This document shows positions 9,592 through 19,928 of a DNA stretch of 64,000 nucleotides, one piece after another; the stretch's first letter is position 1, and each line of letters starts with the position of its first letter. The position numbers and the translations under genes were made by a program. The notes under the pieces were generated by a model that was not told the DNA's origin, did not search any database, and saw nothing but the letters and a program-made list of their open reading frames with translations. The DNA is taken from contig CAZDZJ010000135.1 in NCBI GenBank assembly GCA_964509895.1, positions 1,674 through 65,673 of the forward strand, in the 5' to 3' direction. Origin of the DNA: an uncultured Gemmatimonadota bacterium (GTDB lineage: Bacteria; Gemmatimonadota; Gemmatimonadetes; Palauibacterales; Palauibacteraceae).

Positions 9592-10167
9592 CTACGATGC
9601 CGAACTGCCGGCGGCCACCGCGGCCCTCAGATCGCTCGCCGTAAAGAGCACCATCGTCCGCAGCCCCGCCTGCTCCAGCGTGGCTCGTCCTCCCTCTTCG
9701 CGGTCCACAAGCCCCAGTACCCCGAGCACCTCGCCGCGGGCATGGTTCACCGCCTCCACGGCCTGGAAGGCGGATCCCCCGGTCGTGATCACGTCCTCGA
9801 CGACGACGACCCGGGCCCCGGCCTCGAAGCAGCCCTCGATCCGCTGTCCCTTGCCGTGCCGCTTGGCCCGTTTGCGCACCGAGAAGGCGTGGATCGGATC
9901 CCCCGCGCGCCAACTGGCGGCGGCGATGGCATAGGCCAGCGGATCCGCGCCCATCGTGAGGCCGCCGACCGCGTCGGGCCGCAGTCCGGCGTCACGGATG
10001 GCCGCGAGACCGACCTCGCCCATCAGCACCTGTCCGTGCGCGTGCATGGTCGACGTCCGGCAGTCGATGTAGTAGTCGCTCCGTGCACCGGAGGCGAGTA
10101 CGAAATCCCCGAGCCGGAACGAGCGCTCGGCGAGCAGGTTGAGGAGTCTCGTATGGGCGGAACTCAG
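9592..10167 (-). CDS. pyrE: Orotate phosphoribosyltransferase
   Basis: GDFVLASG..SDYYIDCR, RKRAKRHG, VVVEDVITTGGS PRPP motif; probable CTG start after GGGGAGG. Confidence 0.93.
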   Translation of the reverse strand: MSSAHTRLLNLLAERSFRLGDFVLASGARSDYYIDCRTSTMHAHGQVLMGEVGLAAIRDAGLRPDAVGGLTMGADPLAYAIAAASWRAGDPIHAFSVRKRAKRHGKGQRIEGCFEAGARVVVVEDVITTGGSAFQAVEAVNHARGEVLGVLGLVDREEGGRATLEQAGLRTMVLFTASDLRAAVAAGSSAS

Positions 10168-10204
10168 CGGAACCTCCCCTGGTTCTCGTGGTTTCCTGCG
10201 TGGA

Positions 10205-10705
10205 TCAGCCGACCTGGCGGAGCGCCTGGCCGGATTCGGCGTCACAGCGGAGACAGAGGCCGTACAGCTTGAGCTGACGGTGCAGCACATGGAAGCCGAA
10301 CTGGCCGGCGACCTCGGCCTGGAGCCGGTTGAGTTCATCGCGCTCGAAGCGGACGACATCCCCGCAGGAGGTGCAGATCAGGTGGTCCTGCTGCGCCTGC
10401 CCCACCTTCGCCTCGTATCGCTTGAAGCCCTCGTCGAAATCGTGTTCCGTCGCGAGGCCGACCCGGACGAGGAGGCTCAGGGTCCGGTAGACGGTCGCCT
10501 TCCCCGCGCGCTCGCCTTCCCCGCGCAGGCGTTCCACGACGTCGTCGGCCGAGAGACGCTGCCCCGACTCGAACAGCACGCGCGCGATCGCTTCCCGCTG
10601 CTGAGTCACGGGCAGATGATGCTCCTGCAGTGCGGCTCGGAAGAGGCCGAGCATCACGGCGGCGCAGCCGAGAGGCGGTCGGGGAGCAAGAGTGTCGGTC
10701 GTCAT
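10205..10705 (-). CDS. Fur-family transcriptional regulator (degenerate His ligands)
   Basis: TQQREAI, ATVYRTL, HLICTSCG, LYGLCLRC. Confidence 0.88.
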   Translation of the reverse strand: MTTDTLAPRPPLGCAAVMLGLFRAALQEHHLPVTQQREAIARVLFESGQRLSADDVVERLRGEGERAGKATVYRTLSLLVRVGLATEHDFDEGFKRYEAKVGQAQQDHLICTSCGDVVRFERDELNRLQAEVAGQFGFHVLHRQLKLYGLCLRCDAESGQALRQVG

Positions 10706-10739
10706 GGTTCTCAACGCGCTGAGAAAATAATCCCGCTCG

Positions 10740-11474
10740 TCACGCCTGCAACCAGCGAGACTCGAAGTCGTCCACGACCTGACGCAGCAGCCGGTCGACC
10801 GGGGAGGCCGGACGCGGCGTCAGAAAGCGGTCCGAAAAGCGGTTGAGCGCGACGCGGAGGGCAGAGAAGGTCTTCGCGGCGTCCCGATAGCAGCCATCCA
10901 GGTGTTGGCGGCGGGCGAAGGGCGCGTCGGCGGCCAGCGAGAAGCCCGTCTGCCCCATCGCCTCGTAGTAGCCGAGGTCGGGCCCGCCCCGCCGCCGCTC
11001 CCGGGTACAGATCCAGTCCGGGAAGAGGCCGGACAGCCAGAGCGCGAAGTTGCCGAGGTGGGCGCTGAGCAGGAAGCCGCGGCGACCGTCCGATTCGGAG
11101 ATCTCCGTCATCAGGTCGACGAGATAGTGGTACTCGCGGTCGTCGTATTCGGCGATCCGGTGTGCCCGCGCCTCGCTGGCGAAATGAAGGAAGATCGACG
11201 TCACGTAGTCGGCCAGGAGGCGGGATTCGACGCCGCCCTCGAGCAGGCTGTGCCGCAGCGCGACGTAGGAGAAGAGTTCCAGCGGCAGCGCCGAGACCCC
11301 GGATTCGGCGGCGAGCGCGGCGGGCGCCCCCGGATGGTCGAGCAGCGCGTCGATCCCGCGCTCGGACACCAGCGACTCGAGGCGGGTTCGATCCTCGCCC
11401 CGCCGGGCCAGCAGGTGGACGAGTCGGGCCGCATCGTCCCGGCCGAAGGAAGCTCTGACGTCCGGACGAATCAT
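10740..11474 (-). CDS. Conserved hypothetical protein
   Basis: Clean codon usage, co-directional with fur-pyrE-nfuA; HLGNFALWLSGLFPD and GPDLGYYEAMG conserved-looking blocks. Confidence 0.7.
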   Translation of the reverse strand: MIRPDVRASFGRDDAARLVHLLARRGEDRTRLESLVSERGIDALLDHPGAPAALAAESGVSALPLELFSYVALRHSLLEGGVESRLLADYVTSIFLHFASEARAHRIAEYDDREYHYLVDLMTEISESDGRRGFLLSAHLGNFALWLSGLFPDWICTRERRRGGPDLGYYEAMGQTGFSLAADAPFARRQHLDGCYRDAAKTFSALRVALNRFSDRFLTPRPASPVDRLLRQVVDDFESRWLQA

Positions 11475-11606
11475 GCCGCTCCCCCTTCCCATGGTCCTCA
11501 CTCCCGCCGGCCCCGCACCACGTTCCATACCCCAACCTCGTCTGCTAGTTTTTGTCACAACACCGAAGACCGCAACGGAGTCGACCCCCGACGATGGTGA
11601 CGTGAC

Positions 11607-12119
11607 ATGCTGAGAGAACGCTGGAGAGAGCCCGGATTCCGGCTGCTGTCGGCCCTTGTGGTCGTTACCGTGGCGTGCAACCCGGCGGACGCGGGCATGC
11701 GCGACACCGCCATCGAGAGGGCGGCTGTACAGGAGGCCGAAGCGGGCGCCGCCGCCGTATCCCGGGCCGCGGAACTGGTCCCGCTCAGGGTGGCCGGCAT
11801 CGAGATCCGGGTCGAGATCGCCGCCGACGCCGACGAACGCCAGCAGGGACTGATGTTCCGGGAGTCACTGGAGGAGAATCAGGGGATGCTGTTCGTGTAC
11901 CCCGAGCAGCGGACCCTGGGATTCTGGATGAAGAACACGCTCATCCCGCTCGACATCGCCTACATCGACCGCGAAGGCCGCATCGTCGACATCCAGCAGA
12001 TGGAGCCGCAGACCACGGAAACCCACAACTCGGCCGCCCCCGCCATGTACGCGCTGGAGATGAACCAGGGGTGGTTCGAGGCCAACGGCATCCGCGTAGG
12101 GGACCTCGTCGAGTTCTGA
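11607..12119 (+). CDS. DUF192 family lipoprotein
   Basis: GLMFRESL..GMLF, FWMKNTLIPLDIAYID, YALEMNQG; lipobox TVAC. Confidence 0.88.
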   Translation: MLRERWREPGFRLLSALVVVTVACNPADAGMRDTAIERAAVQEAEAGAAAVSRAAELVPLRVAGIEIRVEIAADADERQQGLMFRESLEENQGMLFVYPEQRTLGFWMKNTLIPLDIAYIDREGRIVDIQQMEPQTTETHNSAAPAMYALEMNQGWFEANGIRVGDLVEF

Positions 12120-12143
12120 CCGGAGCCAGGGAAAACGCAACGC

Positions 12144-13535
12144 ATGGATCACCGCATAGAGAAGGACTCCATGGGGGAAATGGCGATCCCCGCCGACCGG
12201 CTTTACGGAGCGCAGACGGAGCGGGCCCGCCAGAACTTCCCCATCTCCGATCTTCGCTTCGGGCGCCGCTTCATCGAGGCGCTGGGCGCGATCAAGCTCG
12301 CGGCCTCCCGCGTCAACCGGGAGCTGGGGCTGCTGGAGGCCGGACTCGGAGAAGCGATCGAGCGGGCAGCCGCCGAGGCGATGACCGGGGAGCTGGATTC
12401 CCACTTCGTGCTGGACATCTTCCAGACCGGATCCGGCACGTCGACGAACATGAACGCGAACGAGGTCATCGCGAACCGTGCCATCCAGCTCCTGGGCGGC
12501 GTCGTGGGGTCACGGAGCCCCGTGCATCCCAACGACCACGTCAATCTGGGACAGTCGTCGAACGACGTGATCCCGACCGCGACGCACGTCTCCGGACTCG
12601 TCGCGATTGAACGGGAGCTTCTGCCCGCGCTCGAAACGCTGCGCTCGGAGCTGGCCGCGAAGGCGGAGGAATTCGATCACATCGCGAAGGCCGGGCGCAC
12701 CCACCTGCAGGACGCGACCCCCGTCCGGCTGGGGCAGGAGTTCGGGGGCTACGCCAGCCAGCTGAGGCACGCGATCCGGCGCGTGGAGGCCGTCCGCCCG
12801 GCGCTTGCGGAACTGGCCATCGGCGGGACGGCGGTCGGTACCGGCATCAACACGCCGGCCGACTTCGGCGTGCGCATGTCCGCGGCCCTGAGCGAGATCC
12901 TCGGGGTGGCGTTCGTCGAGGCATCGAACCACTTCGAGGCGCAGTCGGCGCGCGACGCGGTCGTCGAGGCGAGCGGGGCGCTGCGCACGGTCGCGGTGAG
13001 CCTGACCAAGATCGCGAACGACCTGCGCTGGCTGTCCTCCGGCCCGCGCACGGGCCTGGGCGAGATCAACCTCCCCGCCGTGCAGCCGGGCTCGTCCATC
13101 ATGCCGGGCAAGGTGAACCCGGTGATGGCGGAATCCGTGCTCCAGGTGTGCGCGCAGGTCATCGGCAACGACGCCGCGATCGTCGTCGGCGGCCAGTCGG
13201 GGAACCTCGAACTCAACGTCATGATCCCCGTCATGGCCCACAATCTGCTCGAGAGCATCCGGATCCTCTCCACCGCGAGCGTGGAGTTCGCCGAACGCTG
13301 CGTGCGCGGCATCACCGCGAACGAGGAACGGTGCCTGCGGAACGCCGAGTCCACCGCGGCGCTCGCCACCGCGCTCGCGCCCGTCATCGGCTACGACAAG
13401 GCGGCCGAACTCGCCAAGCTCAGCCTCGCGGAGGACCGCACGCTGAAGGAACTCGTGCTGGAACAGGGACTCGTCGACCCGGCGGAACTCGACCGGATCC
13501 TCGACTTCCGCGCCATGACCGAACCCGGCTGCTAG
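12144..13535 (+). CDS. fumC: Class II fumarate hydratase
   Basis: RIEKDSMGE, QTGSGTSTNMNANEV, GSSIMPGKVNP. Confidence 0.95.
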   Translation: MDHRIEKDSMGEMAIPADRLYGAQTERARQNFPISDLRFGRRFIEALGAIKLAASRVNRELGLLEAGLGEAIERAAAEAMTGELDSHFVLDIFQTGSGTSTNMNANEVIANRAIQLLGGVVGSRSPVHPNDHVNLGQSSNDVIPTATHVSGLVAIERELLPALETLRSELAAKAEEFDHIAKAGRTHLQDATPVRLGQEFGGYASQLRHAIRRVEAVRPALAELAIGGTAVGTGINTPADFGVRMSAALSEILGVAFVEASNHFEAQSARDAVVEASGALRTVAVSLTKIANDLRWLSSGPRTGLGEINLPAVQPGSSIMPGKVNPVMAESVLQVCAQVIGNDAAIVVGGQSGNLELNVMIPVMAHNLLESIRILSTASVEFAERCVRGITANEERCLRNAESTAALATALAPVIGYDKAAELAKLSLAEDRTLKELVLEQGLVDPAELDRILDFRAMTEPGC

Positions 13536-14461
13536 GGAACCGGGAGCAGCGCCTCCGGGAGCAGGCGGTTGACGGTGAGGCTCGAGAGCCGGAAGGCCTC
13601 GCTGCCGTCGGTCAGATGCGCGATCCAGTCGCCGCGCTCTTCGTCCTCCAGGAGGAGGATGGAGAGTTCGAGTTGCCGGTCGGTCACGTCCGCCCCGCCC
13701 GCCGAGAACACCTCGAAGGAGGCGTCCGCAAACGTAAAATCGGCGGCCGCCACTTCCTCCTCCGTCGGAAAGCCGGAGGCGGAGATGGAAGGCAGTAGCA
13801 CGAGAAGCCTCTGCACGAGAGCTGAATCCGCCGGTGCGTCACTCGCGAGCCACCCTTCGTCGCTCCGGCGCAGCACGGCTTCCGCATCCCCGCGACGCAT
13901 GAGGACCTCGCGCACCCCCGCGGTGTCGACGGAGGCGACCAGGCGGGGACGCCAGCCATCGCGGTCGCGGTTCAGGTAACCCCCGGTCGGACCGTCGAGC
14001 CGGTAGACGACGTCGTCACCGGGGAGGCGAACGAAATACCCGCCCGAGCGCGTATCGCGGTCGCCGAGATGGAAGTCCCGCACCTCGCCGTCGGCCGTTC
14101 GGATCTCCACGCGCCGGCCGTCCTCCGCCACGCCGAGATTCGCGTGATTGGAGGGGTTGCGGGCGACGAGTTCCGCCGAGGAAAGCTGTCCGATCACGTC
14201 GAGCAGATCCCGGATCTTGGGCTCGTCCGCCACATATCCGTCGACCCTCCACCCGGCCTCCGCCCGCTCGAGCCGGATCGTTCCGGCATTCCCCGCGAGC
14301 ACGATGTTCACGCCCGTGATGGAGTCCGCCACCGCGACGGAGAAGCCGTCACCTACATCCAGCGTCCCGGCCTCGCCGCTATCCCGGAACAGCCGGGGCA
14401 GGTAGAGGAGCACGGCCAGCCCGAGCACGACCGCGATGACTTTCAGTTGCTTCGCGTTCAT
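13532..14461 (-). CDS. DUF4340 domain protein (partner of GldFG-like ABC system)
   Basis: N-terminal TM anchor, tandem GWRVDGYVAD / GWLASDAPAD repeats; ATGA overlap with upstream gene. Confidence 0.7.
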   Translation of the reverse strand: MNAKQLKVIAVVLGLAVLLYLPRLFRDSGEAGTLDVGDGFSVAVADSITGVNIVLAGNAGTIRLERAEAGWRVDGYVADEPKIRDLLDVIGQLSSAELVARNPSNHANLGVAEDGRRVEIRTADGEVRDFHLGDRDTRSGGYFVRLPGDDVVYRLDGPTGGYLNRDRDGWRPRLVASVDTAGVREVLMRRGDAEAVLRRSDEGWLASDAPADSALVQRLLVLLPSISASGFPTEEEVAAADFTFADASFEVFSAGGADVTDRQLELSILLLEDEERGDWIAHLTDGSEAFRLSSLTVNRLLPEALLPVP

Positions 14462-16716
14462 ACCAGGGCGCCTCCTTCCTCGAACGAGCGCTGCTGCACC
14501 TTTCTCCTCCGCGCGAGCCGCAGCACGCCCACGAGGACGAAGAACAGCGGGACGCCGGCGAGATTCCCGTACCGGGTCAGATCCGGGAGCCATTCGTTCG
14601 GGAAGAGGAGGGGGGGCGGCGCGCGATCCTTGGACCGGATCGAGATCAGCGCCTCATCCTGCGCCAGCCAGTCGATCGCGTTCTGGAAGAAAACCATCCC
14701 CGCGATACCGGACATCGACTGCGAGAGCGTCTCGTCGTGGATCAGCGACGACGAGCCGGCGAGAACGATACGGCCTCCTCCCGGTTGGGCGTAGGCAAGC
14801 GCGAGCGTCTCCACCGCCACGTCTTCCTCCGATATCTCTCCGTCGTCCGGCGAGATGACCTCGTTCCACTCCTGCATGGCGTCGATCGAGAGCGGGGTGG
14901 GCAGTCGGCCGCCACCCTCCGATGTCGCCAGAAGCGGGGTCACCAGCGTGCTGTCCTCCACCTCGACCAGCAGCGGGCTGCCGAACCGGATCGGCACGTT
15001 CGCGACGCCGTCCACGATCACGTGTCCGGAAGCCGGCTGGGCGAGCGTCCAGAGCGGATAGGGTACGATGAGCGCTCCGAGCGCGGACGGCACCTGCACC
15101 TGTTCATTGAAGGCGAGGTCGAAGGCCATCGACGGGATGATGCCGAGCCCTCGCGCCTGCAGCAGGGAATCGAGCGCCGGATCGAAGGTGGGGCCCGCGT
15201 AGCGTGCCTGCATGTCCGCCGTCACGCCGGACTTCAGGATGAAGAGGCTCCCGCCGTCGTCGACGAACCGGCTGAGGATCTCGCCGGCCACGGGCTCGAG
15301 CGGCATCCGCCCGCCCGCGATGACGATGATGTCGATCGAATCCGGCACCGCCGTCGTCGTCGAGTCGACGGAGAACTCCATCACGTCGTACTCCTGGACG
15401 AGGCGCCCGCGGGCGAGACGGAGCCCCGCGTTCAGGCTCAGTTCGCCGTGCCCGGTCAGGATCCCGATGGTGGGCCGCTGCGTCCTGGTGAGCGCGCGCA
15501 CCATCGAGGCGAGGCGGTACTCCAGATCGGCCGTCTGCGTGAGCAGCGGGATGACCTGGTTCTCGCCCGCGTACTGGACCGCGAGGCCGAAGTAGCGCTC
15601 CTGGATCGACAGTTCGTCGTCCGCGACGATCTGGAAGGGCACCGGGCGGATGCCCAGCAGGCCCGCCTCCTCCTGGGCGTCGGGATCCTCGTCGGGGTCC
15701 GCGCGGACGAGGTTCACGTTGGCGCCGCCGGTCGCATCGAGGTCCCGGAGAAGGTCGTCCACGTCGCGGCTCACGGGCGCGAGTTGCGCCGGCAGGTCCG
15801 CGGACTGGAAGAGCTTGAGGGTGACGAGATCGTCGAGGCCCCGCAGCAGGTCGGCCGTCGGCGGAGAAAGCGTGTAGACCTTGCCCGGGGTGAGGTCGAG
15901 TCGCCCGCGCAACTGGGCGCCGGCCAGCGCGGCGAAGATCGCGATCCCGACCAGGCCGAGGACGCCCATGCGCAGTCGCCCGTAGGCCGGCCGCGCGCGG
16001 CTCAGGCGTTCGCGCATGACCGAGAAGTATGTGAGCGAGAGGAACGCCGTCGCGAGCGCCGCGAAATACAGGACGTCCCGGAGGTCGATCACGCCTCGCG
16101 CCACGTTCGAGAAATGCCCGAGGACGCCCAGACGCGCCACCACCGCCGCGAGCGGGCCGGGGAGCGAGAGCGTGACCGTGGGGAGCCCGATGAGGTAGAG
16201 GGCGAAGCTCACGGTGACCCCGATGATGAACGCGGTCACCTGGTTTCTCGTGAGCGAGGAGGCCCAGAGGCCGACCGCGACAAGGGCCGAAATCAGGAGC
16301 ATCGCCCCCAGGTACTGGGAGAAGACGACGCCCCACTGGAGGTCCGCGCCCAGGGTGAGACCGATCGGAATCCCGAACGTCCCCGCCAGGGCGACGAACA
16401 TGAAGAGGATCACGCCGACGAACTTGCCGAGCAGGAACTCCACCACCTGGATCGGCTGCGCGAGCACGAGTTCGAGCGTCCCCGCGTTCCGCTCCTCCGC
16501 GAACGACCGCATGCAGACGGCCGGAATGAAGAAGAGCAGGAGCCATGGGAGGAGCGACAGCATGGGCCGCAGGGAGGCTTCCCCGAGGAGATACGCCTCC
16601 TGATAGTAGAAATAGAAGTTGATTCCGAGGAAGATGACGAGGAGGATGTAGGCGGTCGCGTGGTCGAAGTAACCCGCGAACTCCCGCTTCGCGACGGTGA
16701 GGATGCGGGCGATCAT
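14458..16716 (-). CDS. ABC-2 permease (GldF-like) fused to GldG-like periplasmic domain
   Basis: AEERNAGTLEL..GKF permease motif; RLDLTPGKVYTLS, LTGHGE, NAIDWLAQDEALISIRSK. Confidence 0.85.
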   Translation of the reverse strand: MIARILTVAKREFAGYFDHATAYILLVIFLGINFYFYYQEAYLLGEASLRPMLSLLPWLLLFFIPAVCMRSFAEERNAGTLELVLAQPIQVVEFLLGKFVGVILFMFVALAGTFGIPIGLTLGADLQWGVVFSQYLGAMLLISALVAVGLWASSLTRNQVTAFIIGVTVSFALYLIGLPTVTLSLPGPLAAVVARLGVLGHFSNVARGVIDLRDVLYFAALATAFLSLTYFSVMRERLSRARPAYGRLRMGVLGLVGIAIFAALAGAQLRGRLDLTPGKVYTLSPPTADLLRGLDDLVTLKLFQSADLPAQLAPVSRDVDDLLRDLDATGGANVNLVRADPDEDPDAQEEAGLLGIRPVPFQIVADDELSIQERYFGLAVQYAGENQVIPLLTQTADLEYRLASMVRALTRTQRPTIGILTGHGELSLNAGLRLARGRLVQEYDVMEFSVDSTTTAVPDSIDIIVIAGGRMPLEPVAGEILSRFVDDGGSLFILKSGVTADMQARYAGPTFDPALDSLLQARGLGIIPSMAFDLAFNEQVQVPSALGALIVPYPLWTLAQPASGHVIVDGVANVPIRFGSPLLVEVEDSTLVTPLLATSEGGGRLPTPLSIDAMQEWNEVISPDDGEISEEDVAVETLALAYAQPGGGRIVLAGSSSLIHDETLSQSMSGIAGMVFFQNAIDWLAQDEALISIRSKDRAPPPLLFPNEWLPDLTRYGNLAGVPLFFVLVGVLRLARRRKVQQRSFEEGGALV

Positions 16717-17723
16717 CCCTCCACCTCCTCCCTGGCCGAAGCGGGCTCGTCGGCTGTCGCCCCGGCGGTCTCGCCGGCCGATCCCGCGCCGTCCGCGGTG
16801 AGCCGGTGGAAGAGATCCTCCAGGCTCGCCTGGGCGAGGTGCAACTCCCACAGCGGCCAGCCCCGTGCCGCGGCGAGCGAGGAGATGTCGGGCCGCGGGT
16901 CCCGGCCGGACGCACCCTCGACGGCGAACCGGGCGCGCCCGCCCGCCTCGGTTTCGAGGGCGTCGGCCCGGGCCACGGACGCGAGATCGCCCATCGCGGC
17001 CCCCGCGGCCTCGGCGGGCGCCTCGAGTTCGACCAGCACCCGGACGCCACCCTGCCCGGCGACGAGTTCATCGACGGAGCCGTCGGCGACGATGCGCCCG
17101 TCGTTGATGATGACGACGCGGGAACACGTCTTTCGGACTTCCTGCATCACGTGCGTGCTCAGCAGGACGGTGCGGTCGGTGCCGACATCGCGTATGAGGC
17201 TGCGGATCTCGACGCGCTGGTTCGGGTCGAGCCCCTCCGTCGGTTCGTCGAGGATCAGGATCTCCGGCTGCGAGAGGATCGCCTGGGCGAGCCCGACCCG
17301 CTGCCGGAACCCCTTCGAGAGCTGGTTGATCGGCCGGTAGTAGACCGCCTCGATCCCGGTCTGCGCGACGATATCGTCGGTCCGCGCCCGGATCTCGTGG
17401 CGGGCCATCCCGCGCAACCGGCCCATGAACGTGATGTACTCGCCGGCCAGCATGTCCCGGTACAGCGGATTCGTCTCGGGGAGGTAGCCGATGCGGCGGC
17501 GCAGCTCGACGGGGTGATCCTCGATGGAAAGCCCGTCGATGGTGATCGTCCCCCCGTCGGGTTCGAGGTACTGCGTGAGGAGGCGCATCGTCGTCGTCTT
17601 GCCGGCGCCGTTGGGCCCGAGGAATCCGACGACTTCTCCGCGGTCGATCGAGAAGCTCGCGGAGTCCACCGCGACCGTCTCGCCGAAGGTCTTCACGACA
17701 TCGGTAAGTGATACGAGTGACAT
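16713..17723 (-). CDS. ABC transporter ATP-binding protein (GldA-like)
   Basis: GPNGAGKTT, LSKGFRQRVGLAQA, ILDEPTEGLDP. Confidence 0.9.
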   Translation of the reverse strand: MSLVSLTDVVKTFGETVAVDSASFSIDRGEVVGFLGPNGAGKTTTMRLLTQYLEPDGGTITIDGLSIEDHPVELRRRIGYLPETNPLYRDMLAGEYITFMGRLRGMARHEIRARTDDIVAQTGIEAVYYRPINQLSKGFRQRVGLAQAILSQPEILILDEPTEGLDPNQRVEIRSLIRDVGTDRTVLLSTHVMQEVRKTCSRVVIINDGRIVADGSVDELVAGQGGVRVLVELEAPAEAAGAAMGDLASVARADALETEAGGRARFAVEGASGRDPRPDISSLAAARGWPLWELHLAQASLEDLFHRLTADGAGSAGETAGATADEPASAREEVEG

Positions 17724-17987
17724 TCGAGTGACACAGGATCCGGGTTGAAGTACGGGAATGGCCCGCGGTCGACCGGGCATCGCCGGGGAAACCCGCCGAT
17801 GGACAATCGAGTCGGGTGCACTGTTGCCAGCGCGACGACCGCGTCTCCCGCGGCGTCCCCGACGGGGCGGAAAGGTAGATCGGGCGCGACACGAGTCAAG
17901 CGCCGCGCGGCGCGCCGGCCCTGCGCCGTCCGTCGCCGACCGCGGGGATCGCAGACAGCCGGGCGCGGTGCGTGTAGCTTCCACGGC

Positions 17988-19928
17988 ATGAACGTGTTCC
18001 TCGATGCCGGCCGGCGGGTGCTGGGGCTGTGCCTGGTGGTGCTGGTCGCCGTCCCGGTGTTCCTGATCCTCGACCCTGACGGGTCCACGACCCCGCTCGA
18101 CGTCCCCATGCGCCGCGCGGGGTTCGAGTACTGGTCGTATACGTGGGGCGCGGCGACCGGTGTCTGGACCCTCCTCGTCGTCGGAGTCGCAGTCCTGGCC
18201 GGGCTGTTGGGGAAGGGCAGGGTGTCCGGCATCCTGTCCCGGGTCGGCCGAGGCATCGCACGTCCGCCACCGTGGTCCGCGGCCGCGTTCATGGGGCTGC
18301 TCGGCGCCGGGCTCACGGCCGCCATCGCGGTGTGGGTGTTCGAGGGACGCACGCTGTTCAACGACGCGAGCGTACAGCTCGTACAGGCCCGTTATTTCGC
18401 CGGCGGGCAGCTGTCCGGACCGCCCCTCGCGCTGCCCGAGTTCTGGACGATTCAGTTCATGGTGCACACGGCGGCGGGGTGGGTGTCCCAGTATCCCCCG
18501 GCCCACGCGCTGTGGCTTGCGGCCGGCATGAAGCTGGGTGGCCCGTGGATCGCGGCGGCGGCGACCATGGGCATGCTCGGGGTCTTCTCCGTCCTCTCCT
18601 TCGAGCGCCTGTTCCCTGATCGGGCGGCGGCCGCGCGGCTCGGCGCCCTGCTCGCGGTCACGAGCCCCATGCTGCTGGCCCTCGCCGGGGCCTACATGAA
18701 CCACGCGACGGTCGCGGCCTTCGCCGCGCTCGCCCTCTGGCTTGCGCTCCGGGCGGAGACGGGCCGGACCGTGTGGGCGCTGGCGGCGGGCGGCGCGATG
18801 GGTTTCATGGTCGCGGCGCGCCCCGTCTCCGGGCTGCTCATCGGCGCCGCCGTGACGGCGGGCGTGTGGCTCACCGCGCCACGCCGGGAACCGGGCCTGC
18901 ACCGGCCGTGGCTCCTGCGCCGCTTCGCCTGGTGGGCCCTGGGCGGCCTCCCGTTCGCGGTCGGCTTCGCCTGGTACAACGCCCGCTTCTTCGGTGGCCC
19001 GCTCACCCTCGGCTATACGGCCGCCGCCGGCCCGAGCCACGGCCTCGGCTTTCACGTCGACCCGTGGGGTCGCGCATACGGCTTCACACAGGCGCTCGGC
19101 TACACATCGACCGAACTCATCGCGCTCGGACGCGAACTCCTCGGGACCGTGCTCCCGGTCGGTGCCCTGGTCGGCCTCTTTCTGCTCCTGGCTCGACGCC
19201 TGGATCGCGGCGAGCGGGTCCTGACCGCGTGGGCGCTGCTGCCCGTCCTGGCCAGCGCGCTGTACTGGCATCACGACCTCATCGTCGGCCCCCGCATGCT
19301 CGCCGACGCCGTCCCCGCGTGGTGCGCGCTCCTCGTGCTGGGGGTGGTCGGCCTCGCGCGCGTGGCCCGTCGCGGCTGGCTCTCGGACGCGGTCGCCGTT
19401 CTCGTGCTGGTCGCCATCGGCTACGGCCTCGCGGCCGGGGGGCGGGGGCGCGTCGTGCGCCTGACGGGCCGCCTCGCTCCCGTTCCGGAGGTCACGGAGC
19501 CCGGCCCGTCGCTCGTCTTCGTGCACGAGTCGTGGCAGGACCGGATCGGGGCCCGGCTCGCCGCGCGGCCCATGCGGCTCGACAGCGTGCGAGCCCTCAT
19601 CAACCAGTTCTCGCCGTGCCGCCTGGAGGGCGCGCTCGTCGGCGCACAGCGGCCGGAGGAAGTGGAGGCGCGGTGCCGGCGGGAGGCCGCCTCCGATCGG
19701 CTGAGGTGGCTCGGTCTCACCGATTACCTGTGGCGCGGCGACCTGCCCGGCCTCGGCGACTCGGGCGTGCTGTGGGTCCGCGATCTCGGCCCCGAGGCGA
19801 ACGCGCGCGTCATCGAGGCGTATCCCGACCGAACGCCCCTCTTCATCATGCCGGACAGCGGGGGTGGTGGTCAGCCGGTCCAATACGAGGTGGGCGTGAA
19901 CGCCCTGTGGGGCCCCGCTCCGCCCTAG
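17988..19928 (+). CDS. Polytopic membrane glycosyltransferase (GT-C / ArnT-like)
   Basis: About 13 hydrophobic segments; ND..VQLVQARYFAGG, SQYPP, YNARFFGGP, GPRML motifs. Confidence 0.65.
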   Translation: MNVFLDAGRRVLGLCLVVLVAVPVFLILDPDGSTTPLDVPMRRAGFEYWSYTWGAATGVWTLLVVGVAVLAGLLGKGRVSGILSRVGRGIARPPPWSAAAFMGLLGAGLTAAIAVWVFEGRTLFNDASVQLVQARYFAGGQLSGPPLALPEFWTIQFMVHTAAGWVSQYPPAHALWLAAGMKLGGPWIAAAATMGMLGVFSVLSFERLFPDRAAAARLGALLAVTSPMLLALAGAYMNHATVAAFAALALWLALRAETGRTVWALAAGGAMGFMVAARPVSGLLIGAAVTAGVWLTAPRREPGLHRPWLLRRFAWWALGGLPFAVGFAWYNARFFGGPLTLGYTAAAGPSHGLGFHVDPWGRAYGFTQALGYTSTELIALGRELLGTVLPVGALVGLFLLLARRLDRGERVLTAWALLPVLASALYWHHDLIVGPRMLADAVPAWCALLVLGVVGLARVARRGWLSDAVAVLVLVAIGYGLAAGGRGRVVRLTGRLAPVPEVTEPGPSLVFVHESWQDRIGARLAARPMRLDSVRALINQFSPCRLEGALVGAQRPEEVEARCRREAASDRLRWLGLTDYLWRGDLPGLGDSGVLWVRDLGPEANARVIEAYPDRTPLFIMPDSGGGGQPVQYEVGVNALWGPAPP

